Part shown: positions 19,694-30,934 of the stretch, piece after piece
How positions within the stretch are numbered: the first letter of the stretch is position 1
How the letters are laid out: every line of letters begins with the position of its first letter
Source of the DNA: Candidatus Bathyarchaeota archaeon
GTDB taxonomy: Archaea; Thermoproteota; Bathyarchaeia; Bathyarchaeales; Bathycorpusculaceae
DNA: 64,000 bases
Direction: 5' to 3'
NCBI GenBank assembly: GCA_963775895.1
Contig: CAVZKL010000017.1
Location: forward strand, 64,001 to 128,000
Notes under the pieces: model-generated
Told to the model about the DNA's origin: nothing
Seen by the model: the letters and a program-made list of their open reading frames with translations, nothing else
Databases searched by the model: none
Program-made: the position numbers and the translations under genes

Positions 19694-22307
19694 ATGAGCG
19701 GTTCAGAGTTCACCCATAAGAAGGATGCTGAAGACAAAGTTGCATGGTACGAATCGGCAACCATGGAAGAACTTACGAGTCTACCCTATGAAACGATCTT
19801 GGACCGACTGAACACTTCACAAACAGGACTTTCATCGCAGGAAGCAGAAAATCGCCTGCGGATCTACGGTCCCAATCTGCTTGCAAAAAGAAAGAGACGT
19901 ACCGGCTTTGTAGAGTTCCTTTACCATCTCAGGAATCCTTTGGTCTTTATACTGCTCTTTGCTGGGCTGATTTCCGGTATACTGGGCGAAGTCCCAGCCG
20001 CAACGATAATCTTCATCATAGTCCTCCTGAGTGTCTTCTTGGATGTTTACCAGGAATCAAAGGCTCAGCAGTCAGCTGAACTTCTGAGAAAGAAAGTTCT
20101 TACCACCGCCACCGTTGTAAGAGATGGAGCAAGAAAGGAAGTCAGCCTCACTGACGTGGTTCCGGGTGACATACTTTATCTCTCTGCTGGGGACGTTGTC
20201 CCAGCTGACTCGAGAATCATCAACTCAAAAGACTTGTACGCAGACCAGTCGGCGCTCACTGGCGAGTCTTTTCCTGTAGAAAAATTCCCAACGCCTCGTT
20301 ACGACAAAGAGTGAATCACTGACCGAAGCTGACAACCTGCTTTTCTTGGGAACCTCTATAGTGAGTGGAACAGGAAATGCCGTAGCGGTAAGGACAGGAA
20401 CCGCGACTGAGTTTGGGAAAATCGCAAAACGACTTGCTGGGAGGGAACCCGAGACAGAGTTTGAACGAGGTCTCAGAAGATTCGGTCTTCTCCTGACGCA
20501 GGTCGCGTTGGTTCTCGTGATATTCGTGTTTTTCATCAACGCGCTCTTCAAACGTGGAGTCTTGGATTCACTTCTTTTCGCTGTGGCTCTGGCAGTCGGG
20601 TTGACGCCTGAACTATTGCCGATGATTATCTCGGTTAATCTTTCGAAAGGTGCACTTGCCATGTCCAAGAAGAATGTGATTGTGAAGCGCTTGGCTTCCA
20701 TCCAGAACTTGGGGAACATGGATGTTTTGTGCACCGACAAAACAGGCACTCTGACAGAGAACAAGATCAACCTCGAGCTGGCCGTGGACGTTGAAGGGAA
20801 GGATTCGGATAAAACGCTTTTTTACGCGTTTCTAAACAGCAACTTCGAGACCGGACTGAGAAACCCTCTTGATGATGCAATACTCAAATACAAACATCTC
20901 GATGTGACTGGCTATGAGAAATTTGATGAGGTGCCGTTTGATTTCAATCGAAGACGAGTTTCAGTTGTCTTCAACTATCAAAAACAACGCATCATGATTA
21001 CCAAAGGAGCGGGTGAAGAGATTATTCGCGTTTGCTCTCATTTCGAACATGAGAACGAAGTGCTCGACCTGACGGTCGAGCAAGAGAAAAAGATAGAGAA
21101 CGACTATCACAAATTGAGTTCACAAGGGTTCAGGGTGCTGGGAGTTGCCTATCGGCTGGTTGAGGAGAAGCCGAATTATTCAATAGTGGATGAGAAAGAA
21201 ATGGTGTTTCTCGGTTTCATTGCGTTCATGGACCCTCCAAAAGAAACTGCCATGGAGTCCCTGCGCCTCTTGAATCAAGCCGGTATTGAACTGAAGATTT
21301 TGACCGGGGACAACGAACTGGTCACGAGAAAGGTATGTCAGCAAATCGGGTTTGAGGTTACAAATGTCGTCCTGGGAGGCGACGTTGCCAAGCTTCAAGA
21401 CAGTGCTCTTGCAAGGATCGTTGAAGAGACGAATGTTTTTGCGAGAGTCAGCCCAGCCCAGAAGGACAGAATTATGAGCGCTTTAAGGCACAACAAGCAC
21501 GTGGTCGGTTTCATTGGAGACGGAATTAATGACGCAACTTCTTTGCGGGCCGCTGATGTGGGAATATCTGTTGAAAACGCGGTCGACGTGGCTAAAGAGT
21601 CAGCAGACATTATTCTGTTACGGAAAGATTTGAAAGTGCTTAATGCCGGAGTGATGGAGGGCCGGAAGACCTTCGGTAACACGATGAAGTACATATTGAT
21701 GGGGATCAGCTCAAATTTCGGGAACATGTTCAGCGCCGCTGGAGCCTCGTTGTTCCTGACTTTCTTGCCGATGCTTCCTACCCAAATTCTTCTGAACAAC
21801 CTCATGTACGATCTCTCCGAATTAGCCATCCCCACCGATAACGTTGATCAAGAGTACATCGAGAAACCCAAGAAACTCGATACCACGTACATCAGAAACT
21901 TCATGCTCTTCTTCGGACCAATCAGCTCCATCTTCGATTTTCTGACATTCTTCATAATGATATACATATTCGGTGGCTACGCCCACTTTGATATGCTTTT
22001 CCAGACGGCGTGGTTCATCGAGTCACTTTGCACGCAAACCCTCGTCATTTTTGTTATCAGAACGAGAAGATCCCCGTTCTTCCGAAGCAGACCGAGTAAG
22101 TCTCTGTTGTTCGCCAGCTTAACTGTCGTCGCCGCAGCTCTGATACTTCCATTTACGCCACTGGTCTCATTGTTTGGGTTCGTAACGCCTCCGCTCGCTT
22201 TCTATGGATTCTTGGCTGCGTTCGTCGTGAGTTACCTGACTATGGTAGAAACACTGAAGGTATGGTTCTACAGACGATATGCTGGCCGCCTAGAACAGTG
22301 TGCCTAG
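19694..22307 (+). CDS. mgtA: Magnesium-translocating P-type ATPase (frameshift near 20310)
   Basis: TGES, AVGLTPELLP, DKTGTLT, GDGINDA, SSNFGNMFS. Confidence 0.9.
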
Positions 22308-22462
22308 TGGTGTGAAGAAGGTCGGCTTTCTCCTGTGGAACAATGATGATCGGTGGGTCAGAGATCGGAGAACTCGAACAAATAACTCTGGAGGCGCTAC
22401 CACCAACGAATTGCACTGCTATATCCAGGGTTCAGTTTGCATTGTTCTTGTTCGCATCGAGA

Positions 22463-22783
22463 CTATTCGGTCCATGAAAAAGCACATTTGCTGCATCTGA
22501 AATGTTCGATGGTTCTCTCTTGCCGAACGCCCGCGTGTTCACCTAGAACATCCGAAAACCAATGGAACGCCACCTTGTTTCCACATTGGGGGCACACGCG
22601 CGAGATTTTCGAATAGCTTTCGGCCGAATCGCTTGATACGTAGATGCCATCGGACCCATTCTCCTGCTTCTTCTTTTCCAGCTGAAGTTCAGGCTTGGCC
22701 CTAACCATGTTCTGGCATTTCGGACACAGAAGTCCTTCTTTCGTAATGATCATGCGGGAACCGCATTTCTCGCAGAATTCCAT
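22463..22783 (-). CDS. TFS/RpoM-like double zinc ribbon protein, atypical hairpin
   Basis: MEFCEKCGSRM..CPKC and CPQCG..RCSKCAFSWTE; lacks QTRSADE. Confidence 0.75.
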   Translation of the reverse strand: MEFCEKCGSRMIITKEGLLCPKCQNMVRAKPELQLEKKKQENGSDGIYVSSDSAESYSKISRVCPQCGNKVAFHWFSDVLGEHAGVRQERTIEHFRCSKCAFSWTE

Positions 22784-22926
22784 GCCGACTCACGTGGGTG
22801 TTCAGTATATAAGACGCAGAAGTCTCTACTATAGCTTTCCAAACAAGCCTATTCAGTCTTCAGTTTTTCAAAAGAGAAGTCTACGTAAAGACAGATGGAA
22901 AAATCGGTTGCGCAAGCGGCTTTTCT

Positions 22927-23448
22927 TTAGGGTACTCTTTCAAAGGCTTTCTTCGATGCGCCACAGATCGGGCAGTTCTCTGGAGCCTCGCGTTCATGAA
23001 CGTGGCCGCAGACTGTGCACACATAGTATTCTGTGGAGCGTTGTGCAATCAAATCGGTGAGGGCTCTCTTGTAGAGATTGGCATGCTCAGCTTCAACGTC
23101 TCGCGCCTGTGAAAAGACCAATTCTGCCTTTTCCTCTCCGTCCTGTTCTGCATCTTGCAGCATTCTGAGATAATGAACGCCGTTAACTGCGTTCTCAGAC
23201 TGGAATGCTGTCTCAAGGTTCGTTTGTGTGTCTGAAACCGATTCAAGAAGGCCGAAGTGTCTCCGCGAATGGACTCCTTCAGCCGCAGCAACAGCTCTGA
23301 AAAGATGAGCTATTTGTGGCAGTTCCTCTTCTTCGGCTTTCTTGGCAAACATCAGAAGCCGTTGATAAGCTTTGGCTTCACCCACGAACGCGTCGTGCAC
23401 GTTATTTGCTGTTCTCTCTTTCATGGGGTCGTTCACCTTATCATTCAA
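22927..23448 (-). CDS. Rubrerythrin
   Basis: AFVGE, AEGVH, EAEH di-iron motifs; C-terminal CTVCG..CPICG. Confidence 0.92.
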   Translation of the reverse strand: MNDKVNDPMKERTANNVHDAFVGEAKAYQRLLMFAKKAEEEELPQIAHLFRAVAAAEGVHSRRHFGLLESVSDTQTNLETAFQSENAVNGVHYLRMLQDAEQDGEEKAELVFSQARDVEAEHANLYKRALTDLIAQRSTEYYVCTVCGHVHEREAPENCPICGASKKAFERVP

Positions 23449-23597
23449 TATCGTTTAATGAGGAATTCTTTAAGTTTTTGCATAAGTCATAACTGCCAGT
23501 TCCGTACGTCTTACGTCGTCGCTTAATGCTTGCGGTAACTGGTGTTTTCCAGTCATGTTGTTAGAAATGGAAAGTCGTTCTGACCGCATTCTTCAAT

Positions 23598-23744
23598 CTA
23601 GTCGTATTTTTTTAGCCTGATCATCTTCCTGTAGTGTCGCAGATCTGAAGCGACTCGTTTGAGAACGTAGAGTTCTTCCATCGTTTTCTGGAAGTTTGTA
23701 AACTCCTCGTATATTCTGTCTACCGCGGTGTCTCTCTGTTCCAT
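23598..23744 (-). CDS. Small helical hypothetical protein (48 aa)
   Basis: Hand translation MEQRDTAVDRIYEEFTNFQKTMEELYVLKRVASDLRHYRKMIRLKKYD. Confidence 0.35.
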   Translation of the reverse strand: MEQRDTAVDRIYEEFTNFQKTMEELYVLKRVASDLRHYRKMIRLKKYD

Positions 23745-23978
23745 TGCTTCTGTCTCCGGGTTCTATGGTGCTGAGGGTGTTCATTGTTAGTTGGCTGACC
23801 ACTCAACCATTTTCCGTCACTGAGGAGAAAGGAGAAGGCTTCGAGAACGGAAAAAAATTCGTATTGGTCTTGTGGTATGCCTTCAACCTCGGCCCTCCAG
23901 CACATCGTAAGACTTAAGAGTCAAGTCTACTATAAAAAGCTTGTTAAACAATAAAACATGTGCTCTTTGCAGCTGATT

Positions 23979-24569
23979 CTAACCTATGGCCAGTATGCCT
24001 TCCAGTATCTTCTTCTCCGGAACGTCCAGCTGTTTGGAAAGCCACATCTTTAACAACGCCGTTTCCTTCGGAAGCGGCCCGCTGTAGGTTATAATCTGGT
24101 TGTCTTTGACTGCGTCAACTTGGAACAGTTTCTCCTGTTCCCGGTACATGAATGACAACGTCTGCGCTTGAGAAGCTATACTTTGGAAGTCTTCCCAGAT
24201 TTTGCACCTCAAAATGACAGGAGGCCCCCGTGTTTCCTTGACTTCCAAATCTTGGGTCCTTGATCTTGACATTGGTGGGGGCGAGATCTGGGCTGGCGTC
24301 TGCAAAGCTTGCTGCGGCGTTGGCAATTGTTCACGAGAAGCTGAAAGATGAGTGATTAGATTAGTTATCTCGTTCTGCAGAGTTGACAGACGTTCTTCAA
24401 CTTTCTCGACCTTCCCACTGAGTTCGCCTGTGTCACCCATCCTCTCGGTTATCGTACCGAGCTCATTAATGAGTCTGTCAAGGTCTTTTTCATGCTCCTT
24501 CAGGACGTTTACGATGAAATCTAACGCTTCGAGTGCTTCGTCCTTCGATGGGATCTTCCTAGACATCAC
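23979..24569 (-). CDS. Hypothetical coiled-coil protein
   Basis: N-terminal heptads, P/Q-rich linker, compact C-terminal domain. Confidence 0.65.
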   Translation of the reverse strand: MMSRKIPSKDEALEALDFIVNVLKEHEKDLDRLINELGTITERMGDTGELSGKVEKVEERLSTLQNEITNLITHLSASREQLPTPQQALQTPAQISPPPMSRSRTQDLEVKETRGPPVILRCKIWEDFQSIASQAQTLSFMYREQEKLFQVDAVKDNQIITYSGPLPKETALLKMWLSKQLDVPEKKILEGILAIG

Positions 24570-24750
24570 TGCATCTCCGCTGTTTCGCTCACCCTATAAC
24601 GTGCGAGCTTTATAAATAAACTTAGCGAATCCTCAAAATGTATCGTTGTGACGCGCTTTCTATCCTTATTGGGAATCATGTGCAACAAATCGTAATGTTT
24701 CGCAGGGGTTCAATGGGAGAGTTAAAATATCAGTCCTCCAAAGACTCTAG

Positions 24751-26191
24751 GTGCTCGGAAGGCCTCTTATGCATGGAATGCTGAATTTTTCGCAAAAGGA
24801 AGAGGTTCTCAAATTCATCTCAGAAAACAACTGTAAGATATTGAACCTCTGCCACATTCCTGAAGAAGGTCGATTGAAAGTTCTGAGTTTTTCCACCGCC
24901 GACAGAGATCGAGTCAAGGAGGTGTTGGAATATGGGGAACGGGTTGATGGGTCAAGCCTGTTCTCCTTCATTGAACCTGGCAGAAGTGACATCTATATCT
25001 CGCCGCGCATCACTCGGGCTTTTGCAGATCCGTTCGCAATCCTGCCAACGTTGAACGTTCTGTGCGATTATCTTGATGAGAATGGAAAGCCGCTGGACAT
25101 CGCGCCGCAGACTGTGCTGGCAAGAGCTGAGACTACGCTGAAGGCTTCAACCAACGTTGCTTTGAAAGCTTTGGCCGAACTCGAATTCTATATAATGGCG
25201 AGGATGCAGACTGAATCACTCTTTCAAGGTCTGCCCGACAAGAACTATCATGAGTGTTCTCCCTTTTCAAAGTTCGAAGAAATTCGAAACGAAATATTAG
25301 CAACACTTGCCGTCATAGGTATCCCCACAAAATACGGACACAGTGAAGTGGGCCGAATAACAACCGCGGATGGAGTAACAATTGAGCAACATGAAATCGA
25401 ATTCATGCCCCAGAAGCTCGCTGACATGGCTGAGACAGTAGCCATCTCGAAGTGGACAATCCGCAATGTCTGTCTTAGGCATGGTGTGTCCGCTTCATTT
25501 ATTCCGAAGATCGATTTGAACCACGCTGGTAACGGAATGCATGTGCACCTCTGCGGCTTCAGACGCAACCGCAACGTCATAGTAGATGCAGGCCGAGAGC
25601 TCAGCAAAGAGGGACTCAGCATGATCGGTGGGATACTAAAATTCGCTCCAAGTCTGGCGGCATTTGGGAACCCCACACCCGTCTCGTATCTCCGCATCGT
25701 CGCCAGAAAAGAGTCACCCATGCACATCTGTTGGAGTGCCCAGAACCGCCTAGCCCTGATACGCATACCCTTGTGGTGGAGATTCAGAAAATCATCCGAA
25801 AGAACAGAATCGTGTCGCGAGACGTTTGAGTACAGGGCTCCGGATGCATTTGCCAATCCAAGCCTCTTGCTTTCAGGGTTGACCCTCGCAGTGAAACTGG
25901 GGACTGGAAAACGCGAATGAATCACTGAGAATTGCTGAAGAATTGCATGCACGTTCACTGCGGGCGGAGGAAAAGAAGTTTCGAATCTTGCCCCAGTCAT
26001 GCAGCGAAGCAGCTCAGTATCTTGCGAAAGACAGGAAGCTCTACGAGGTCGACGGCGTCTTTCCAGAAAGGCTCATCGAAACCGTCATTCACAGACTTGA
26101 CGACTACAAAGATCGAAACCTGTTGAGAGAAATGCTCGAAAAGCCAGAAGAACTGCAAAAAGCGATAACACAATACCTACACTACGGATAA
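24751..26191 (+). CDS. glnA: Glutamine synthetase family protein (frameshift near 25910-25940)
   Basis: DGSS, ELEFY, HSEVG, QHEIEF, GNGMHVH, NRLALIRIP, EYRAPD. Confidence 0.85.
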
Positions 26192-26320
26192 CGTAGAAGT
26201 GAAACTGTAGGCATGCATTCTTGCGCGCGTTGGAAAAGAGAGTTCGATATGTACAAAGCAAAGACATGTCCTGAATGTGAGAGCGGTTTTTGTTTACGAA
26301 ACGGACGAAGGAAATAGACT

Positions 26321-26616
26321 GTGATTGAAGAACAACATCCAGACATTTTTTGGCATCGGTTAGTAAAGTACGCTGTGATCACAATGGTTATTCAAGCAGT
26401 TCTTGGAATGTTGCTTTACTCCACCATGTATGGACGAGGACCTCTGTCCTTGCTTTTTCTGATACCTATGACAAATATCGGCTACTTTGGTTATTGCAGA
26501 ACGCTATTAGCTTCAGGCTATGGCCAGCTGCAATGCTGATCGGAAGCTTTTTCATGTTCTTTTTGATTTTTGTCCTTGGGGAAATCACACATCGGTTGAG
26601 GCGAGCTTTTTCATAA
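26321..26616 (+). CDS. Small membrane protein (frameshifted)
   Basis: Hydrophobic segments continue across two overlapping ORFs. Confidence 0.35.
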
Positions 26617-26759
26617 ACAAAGAAATGAACGAATTATGAGTGAAGTATCTGATGAGGGTCCTACGTGGAAAAAGTAAGTAGTTCTGCGTGGAATATGCTA
26701 GGGGAAGCTGGAATCCAGTGCGCGCGCACGTATATTTCCTTTTATGATATCATGAGAGA

Positions 26760-27308
26760 TCAAATTAGATCTCTTATTTTTTCAAAAATATCCGATGCCA
26801 ATATCTTGTTTCCACAATGATCGCATTTTGTTTGATTTCCAGATTCAGGCAGCCTAACGGACGCACCACATTCCGGACATTTCATAGTCTGCAACACTAG
26901 ACCGCCCTTAACCATATACTCCCTCAAAGAACCAAAGTCCAACACAACCTGAACGTGCTCTCTTCTTCTCTCTCCTTCAATAGTTGCCAATCGGGCTTCT
27001 GAGGCGCTGTTTATCACACTTTGCCATTGTTCAGGATCTTTGACCGAAAAATCAAGTCTCACTGGAAAATCACTAACAAACCCTTTCTTGACATAAACCA
27101 CAAGTTTCTTTCCCAACATTCCTTCGACAGACGTGCTAGAAACTCCATCCAATGGCAAGTCGAGTGTTACGTAAACTCTCTTCGTGAAGATGCCGCTCTC
27201 ATGCTCAAGAATTAGACGCTTGTTGGTTAGAAACAGATTCCCAAAAACGTCCTTGTGTCTGCAAGTTTCAACGATTATCGTGTGCTCATCATGCTCGAGG
27301 TTAGGCAC
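26760..27308 (-). CDS. PH/GRAM-like domain protein with C-terminal zinc ribbon
   Basis: GNLFLTNKRLILE beta motif, terminal PEQWQSVI helix, CPECG..CDHCG; GTG start at 27308 chosen. Confidence 0.65.
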   Translation of the reverse strand: MPNLEHDEHTIIVETCRHKDVFGNLFLTNKRLILEHESGIFTKRVYVTLDLPLDGVSSTSVEGMLGKKLVVYVKKGFVSDFPVRLDFSVKDPEQWQSVINSASEARLATIEGERRREHVQVVLDFGSLREYMVKGGLVLQTMKCPECGASVRLPESGNQTKCDHCGNKILASDIFEKIRDLI

Positions 27309-27321
27309 ATTGAAATCCTCA

Positions 27322-27504
27322 CTATCGTCTACATTCAACGCCGCAGTTTGGACAAGCGGGCTTCTTGAATACAAAGCCCACTCTTGGACAGCATGCTTCG
27401 CAATAAACTCTCTTGCACGATGGACATTGCCAAGCTCGGGGTTTCATAAAGCCTCCAACTTCCCTTCCGCACTTTGCACAAAACCCCCTAGCCAAATGAA
27501 CCAT
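27322..27504 (-). CDS. Small Cys-rich zinc-finger protein (60 aa)
   Basis: CAKC, CPSC, CEACC, CPNC. Confidence 0.6.
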   Translation of the reverse strand: MVHLARGFCAKCGREVGGFMKPRAWQCPSCKRVYCEACCPRVGFVFKKPACPNCGVECRR

Positions 27505-27824
27505 CTCTGTGAAGTTCTGTTTTTCCTTAGCGAGATAAGATTATCGGTTTCCCAACATATTATCGATGGAATTGAACTCATCGAGAGACTCTGAAGCGAA
27601 TCTGTGAGAAAGCGAACCTGAGAGTTCTAAGCTAACGCTGACTTCGACTGCGAAGATGTCCTTGCCTTCTTGCCAATAATCATCACTACTAATATTCCAG
27701 TCGTGAGCAGCGACAGCAGGATAATTGGTGAAAACTCCGGAACAGCCCCATATCTTGTTCAATGATTGCATTATAGCCTTCAAGGTTTGCCACGCGAAAC
27801 TTCAAGTAGAACTCGCCTTGTCGA

Positions 27825-28121
27825 TTATGAATATATGTCGTGCCGACTTGTGGTTGTATTGCCATATTCGGTTATTACGCCTATTAAACTGGCTTCGTTT
27901 CTTGAATAGACGTAGATATTGAAGACTGCAATCTCTGGAATGGTTGAGTTTGGCTTATAGTTCCAGTTTATTCGCCATTCAGCATGGTCACAAATGAAAT
28001 AGTTGGTTGTATAATCCCCAGAGCCTGTAAATCGTGTTACCTCACTCCAAGGGACAGCCCAAGCAAAGTTGGAGCTTAAAAGGAAAAGCATAAGGATAGA
28101 ACAGAGAATACTACTCCTCAA
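27825..28121 (-). CDS. Secreted hypothetical protein (probably truncated or frameshifted)
   Basis: Signal peptide then WSEVTRFTGSG..WRINW beta-rich segment. Confidence 0.5.
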   Translation of the reverse strand: MRSSILCSILMLFLLSSNFAWAVPWSEVTRFTGSGDYTTNYFICDHAEWRINWNYKPNSTIPEIAVFNIYVYSRNEASLIGVITEYGNTTTSRHDIYS

Positions 28122-28953
28122 TTGACATCAGCAATTATATCTATTCTCAAAAACTTTTATGTCTTATCTATTTTCTATTATGATATTTCAGCCAAATGGA
28201 ACATTGCTATAGACAATAAGTAAATAGACTTTGGCAGTTCTGTGCGGAACTACTTCAACCCAGCATTAATCACCGATCTGAAAAAGGAGTGCTGAAAGGC
28301 ATAGCAGAGTTAACTGTTACTTAATTTTTAACGCGTGCACCGAGCCGAGTTTGCAGTTAATATCCTTTGTTCCTATCTGATGAATCCAGCAAGTAACAGG
28401 ATACCCAGAGTGAGGAATAATATCGCAATCAATAGAAGCATTATTGAAATTCCAGTTTGTTTTCTACTTGTGGGAAGCGGCTCTAAATGGATTTGAATAA
28501 GTCACACGCCCACGCATGTACTGCACACTAAAAAACGCCATGACCAGTGCCAAAAATGAGGAAGAAGCCTGCAATCAGATAGTTGTACCATCCCAAGTAG
28601 GCTAGAATTCCCAGGATAATTATTGTTAGGGCAGAGAGAAACCAACTAGCCAATCTGTCGAGTATAGAGCCCATTGGCTTCCCAATTCTACAGGCTATTT
28701 AATGTAATAAGAATGTTTGCCTCTGGCGACTCGAACAGATCCCGCGCACGCTCGTATGAACTCTTCTATTTCCCTCCTTTCTAGCTCTTTTCACTTCCCT
28801 CCTTTTTTCTATTTATTAGGTTAATACCAGGAATTATTTGAGCGCGCGCGTTGAATACTGCCCTATTAGAAAGATTTTTCTATATTCCACAAGAAACACA
28901 AACCGAAAGCTCTATTAACTTTCTTACTCGAGGTTCTTTTCCGAAAGAAACTC

Positions 28954-29031
28954 GGGCGGGTAGATCAGCCTGGTATGATCGCCACGTTGGCATCGTGGAG
29001 GTCCCGGGTTCAAATCCCGGCCCGTCCACCA
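28954..29031 (+). tRNA. tRNA-Ala(GGC)
   Basis: GGGCGGG/CCCGTCC acceptor with G3:U70, anticodon arm CCACG-TTGGCAT-CGTGG, TTCAAAT loop, CCA. Confidence 0.95.
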
Positions 29032-29042
29032 AGAAACTTGTA

Positions 29043-30179
29043 CTACTCTAGAACGAAGATGTTCCTTTTGCGGCTCATTTCTCTAAGTATCTTAGGCCAC
29101 ACGGTGACGCTAACTTCGCCTAAATGTGCCTTTTTGAGTATCGCCATCTGAGTCCGTGATTGTCCTATGCCTCCGCCGATGCTGAGCGGTATCTCGTTTT
29201 TGATTATGGCTTGATGGTACGGGTATCTGAGAAAGTCAAGCTGTCCTGTCATCTTGAGTTGTATTTTGAGCGTCTCGGCGTTAACGCGTATGCCCATCGA
29301 TGACAACTCGTGACGCCGTTTTGTTACAGGGTTCCAGACGAGTATGTCACCGTTTAGTCCGTGCATAGGTTTGCCGTCCCTGGATTTTGTCTCGGTGACC
29401 CAGTCGTCGTAATCAGCGGCTCTCATTTCATGTGGATATCCATCTTTGAGCGTCCAGCCGATTCCGTAGATGAAGATGCCCGGATATTCCTGCAAGATCT
29501 TTGTCTCGCGTTGTTTCCGTGGAAGATTCGGATATTTGTCAAGGATGTCTTCAGCGTGTATAAACGTAAGTTTTTCAGGTAGATCGGGATACTTGTCCGT
29601 CTTGAGTTGTGGAAAGATTTTTTGGACGTGTTTCTCAGCGCCCTTGATGACCTTCCAGATTTTCTTCACAGTTTCAGTGAGGTACGCCAGGTTGCGGTCC
29701 TTCTCCGTTATTGCTTTCTCCCAATCCCATTGGTCTACGTACGCGCTGTGGTCATGGTCTAGAAAGTAGTCTTTTCTTACGGCGCGCATGTCGGTGCACA
29801 GACCTTCGCCTGGTTTCATGCCGAACTGTTTCAAGGCCATGCGCTTCCATTTTGTGGCAGCTTGAACAACCTGGGCATCTACTGGATGCTTGTCATAATC
29901 ATTAGAAATGTGAAATTGGATCGGGGTGCGCGAGCCATCGCGGTCTAGGAGGTCATTGACGCCGCTTTCAACATCGACGATAAGGGGAACTTGGACCATG
30001 ATCAAGTCGAGCTCCTTGCACAGGTACTTCTCGATATAGTTCTTGACGGCGAAAATGGCGATCTGCGTATCCTTCGGGTTTAATATGGACTTGTAGTCTC
30101 TTGGAAGAACCTTCTCGAGTTCATCGTAACTACCGATTCCGGGACCAGCCAAATCGGCTTTCTTTTCTGACATCGTCAT
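29043..30179 (-). CDS. asnA: Aspartate-ammonia ligase (asparagine synthetase A)
   Basis: TKWKRMAL, HSAYVDQWDWEK, RAADYDDW, GLNGDI, ELSSMGIRV, SIGGGIGQSR. Confidence 0.93.
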   Translation of the reverse strand: MTMSEKKADLAGPGIGSYDELEKVLPRDYKSILNPKDTQIAIFAVKNYIEKYLCKELDLIMVQVPLIVDVESGVNDLLDRDGSRTPIQFHISNDYDKHPVDAQVVQAATKWKRMALKQFGMKPGEGLCTDMRAVRKDYFLDHDHSAYVDQWDWEKAITEKDRNLAYLTETVKKIWKVIKGAEKHVQKIFPQLKTDKYPDLPEKLTFIHAEDILDKYPNLPRKQRETKILQEYPGIFIYGIGWTLKDGYPHEMRAADYDDWVTETKSRDGKPMHGLNGDILVWNPVTKRRHELSSMGIRVNAETLKIQLKMTGQLDFLRYPYHQAIIKNEIPLSIGGGIGQSRTQMAILKKAHLGEVSVTVWPKILREMSRKRNIFVLE

Positions 30180-30275
30180 GCTTTATCAGATCTTTTACAC
30201 AACAGCATTGCACGTGCGCTATAAATCTTTGTTGCCTCTGTTCATTCCGTAGGCATGCTTCTCAGAATCTGGTCC

Positions 30276-30488
30276 TTATCTGTCCATAGGCTTCTGCATT
30301 GTCTCTAGACCATGCAACGCTGCGGTAACTAGGAGAAGCAGGAAGAATGAAATGACGACTATCAATATCTTGTACAGAATCGATATTGTTGAGAAAAGCA
30401 GAACATAGGCGTCTATTATCCCAATTACAAGAGTTGCTATACTCGTTGCGTCGATCTTGTTCCTCATCATCTTCTCTGCAGATCTCAC
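30276..30488 (-). CDS. Small two-TM membrane protein
   Basis: Two hydrophobic helices. Confidence 0.45.
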   Translation of the reverse strand: MRSAEKMMRNKIDATSIATLVIGIIDAYVLLFSTISILYKILIVVISFFLLLLVTAALHGLETMQKPMDR

Positions 30489-30934
30489 GAGTCTTCGTAT
30501 GTCTGACAGAAGTATCGAGGGTTGGATAAAAGCAGTTCCTCTTCAGGTTGCTTTTCTGAGCATGTTTTTCAGTAAGATGTTAATGAAACATTAACGTTTT
30601 TCTACCGGTTTCCATGTTTCAGCTCTTTACGGTACACTCGTCTTATTTGACGCCAAATGTAAAACTCCCCCTTTCCCAGATGCTTTTCAGAAACCATTCA
30701 TGTCGGAATTGTTCCGAAATTGCCGACAAAGTTAAGAGCAGAAACAACAAATCCATACCTATGGAGGATGGTAGAAACTTTTTTCCTTTCCCCTTTCCCC
30801 GCAAAAGCGCTCTACCATTCTCCTAAAATGGTCAAGCAATTTCTCGTAACCGAAATATATCTTCCGAGTGTTTCCCATGAAAAACCACTCCATCACAAAG
30901 AGTTGAGAGGCACGATTTCAGAAAGCTGGATCTT

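Noticed and set aside
28340-28680. Hydrophobic ORF fragments upstream of tRNA-Ala on the minus strand
   Set aside because: Broken across frames with stop codons; a gene cannot be defined reliably
28851-29051. 66-aa ORF in the supplied track
   Set aside because: Overlaps tRNA-Ala and its promoter; spurious
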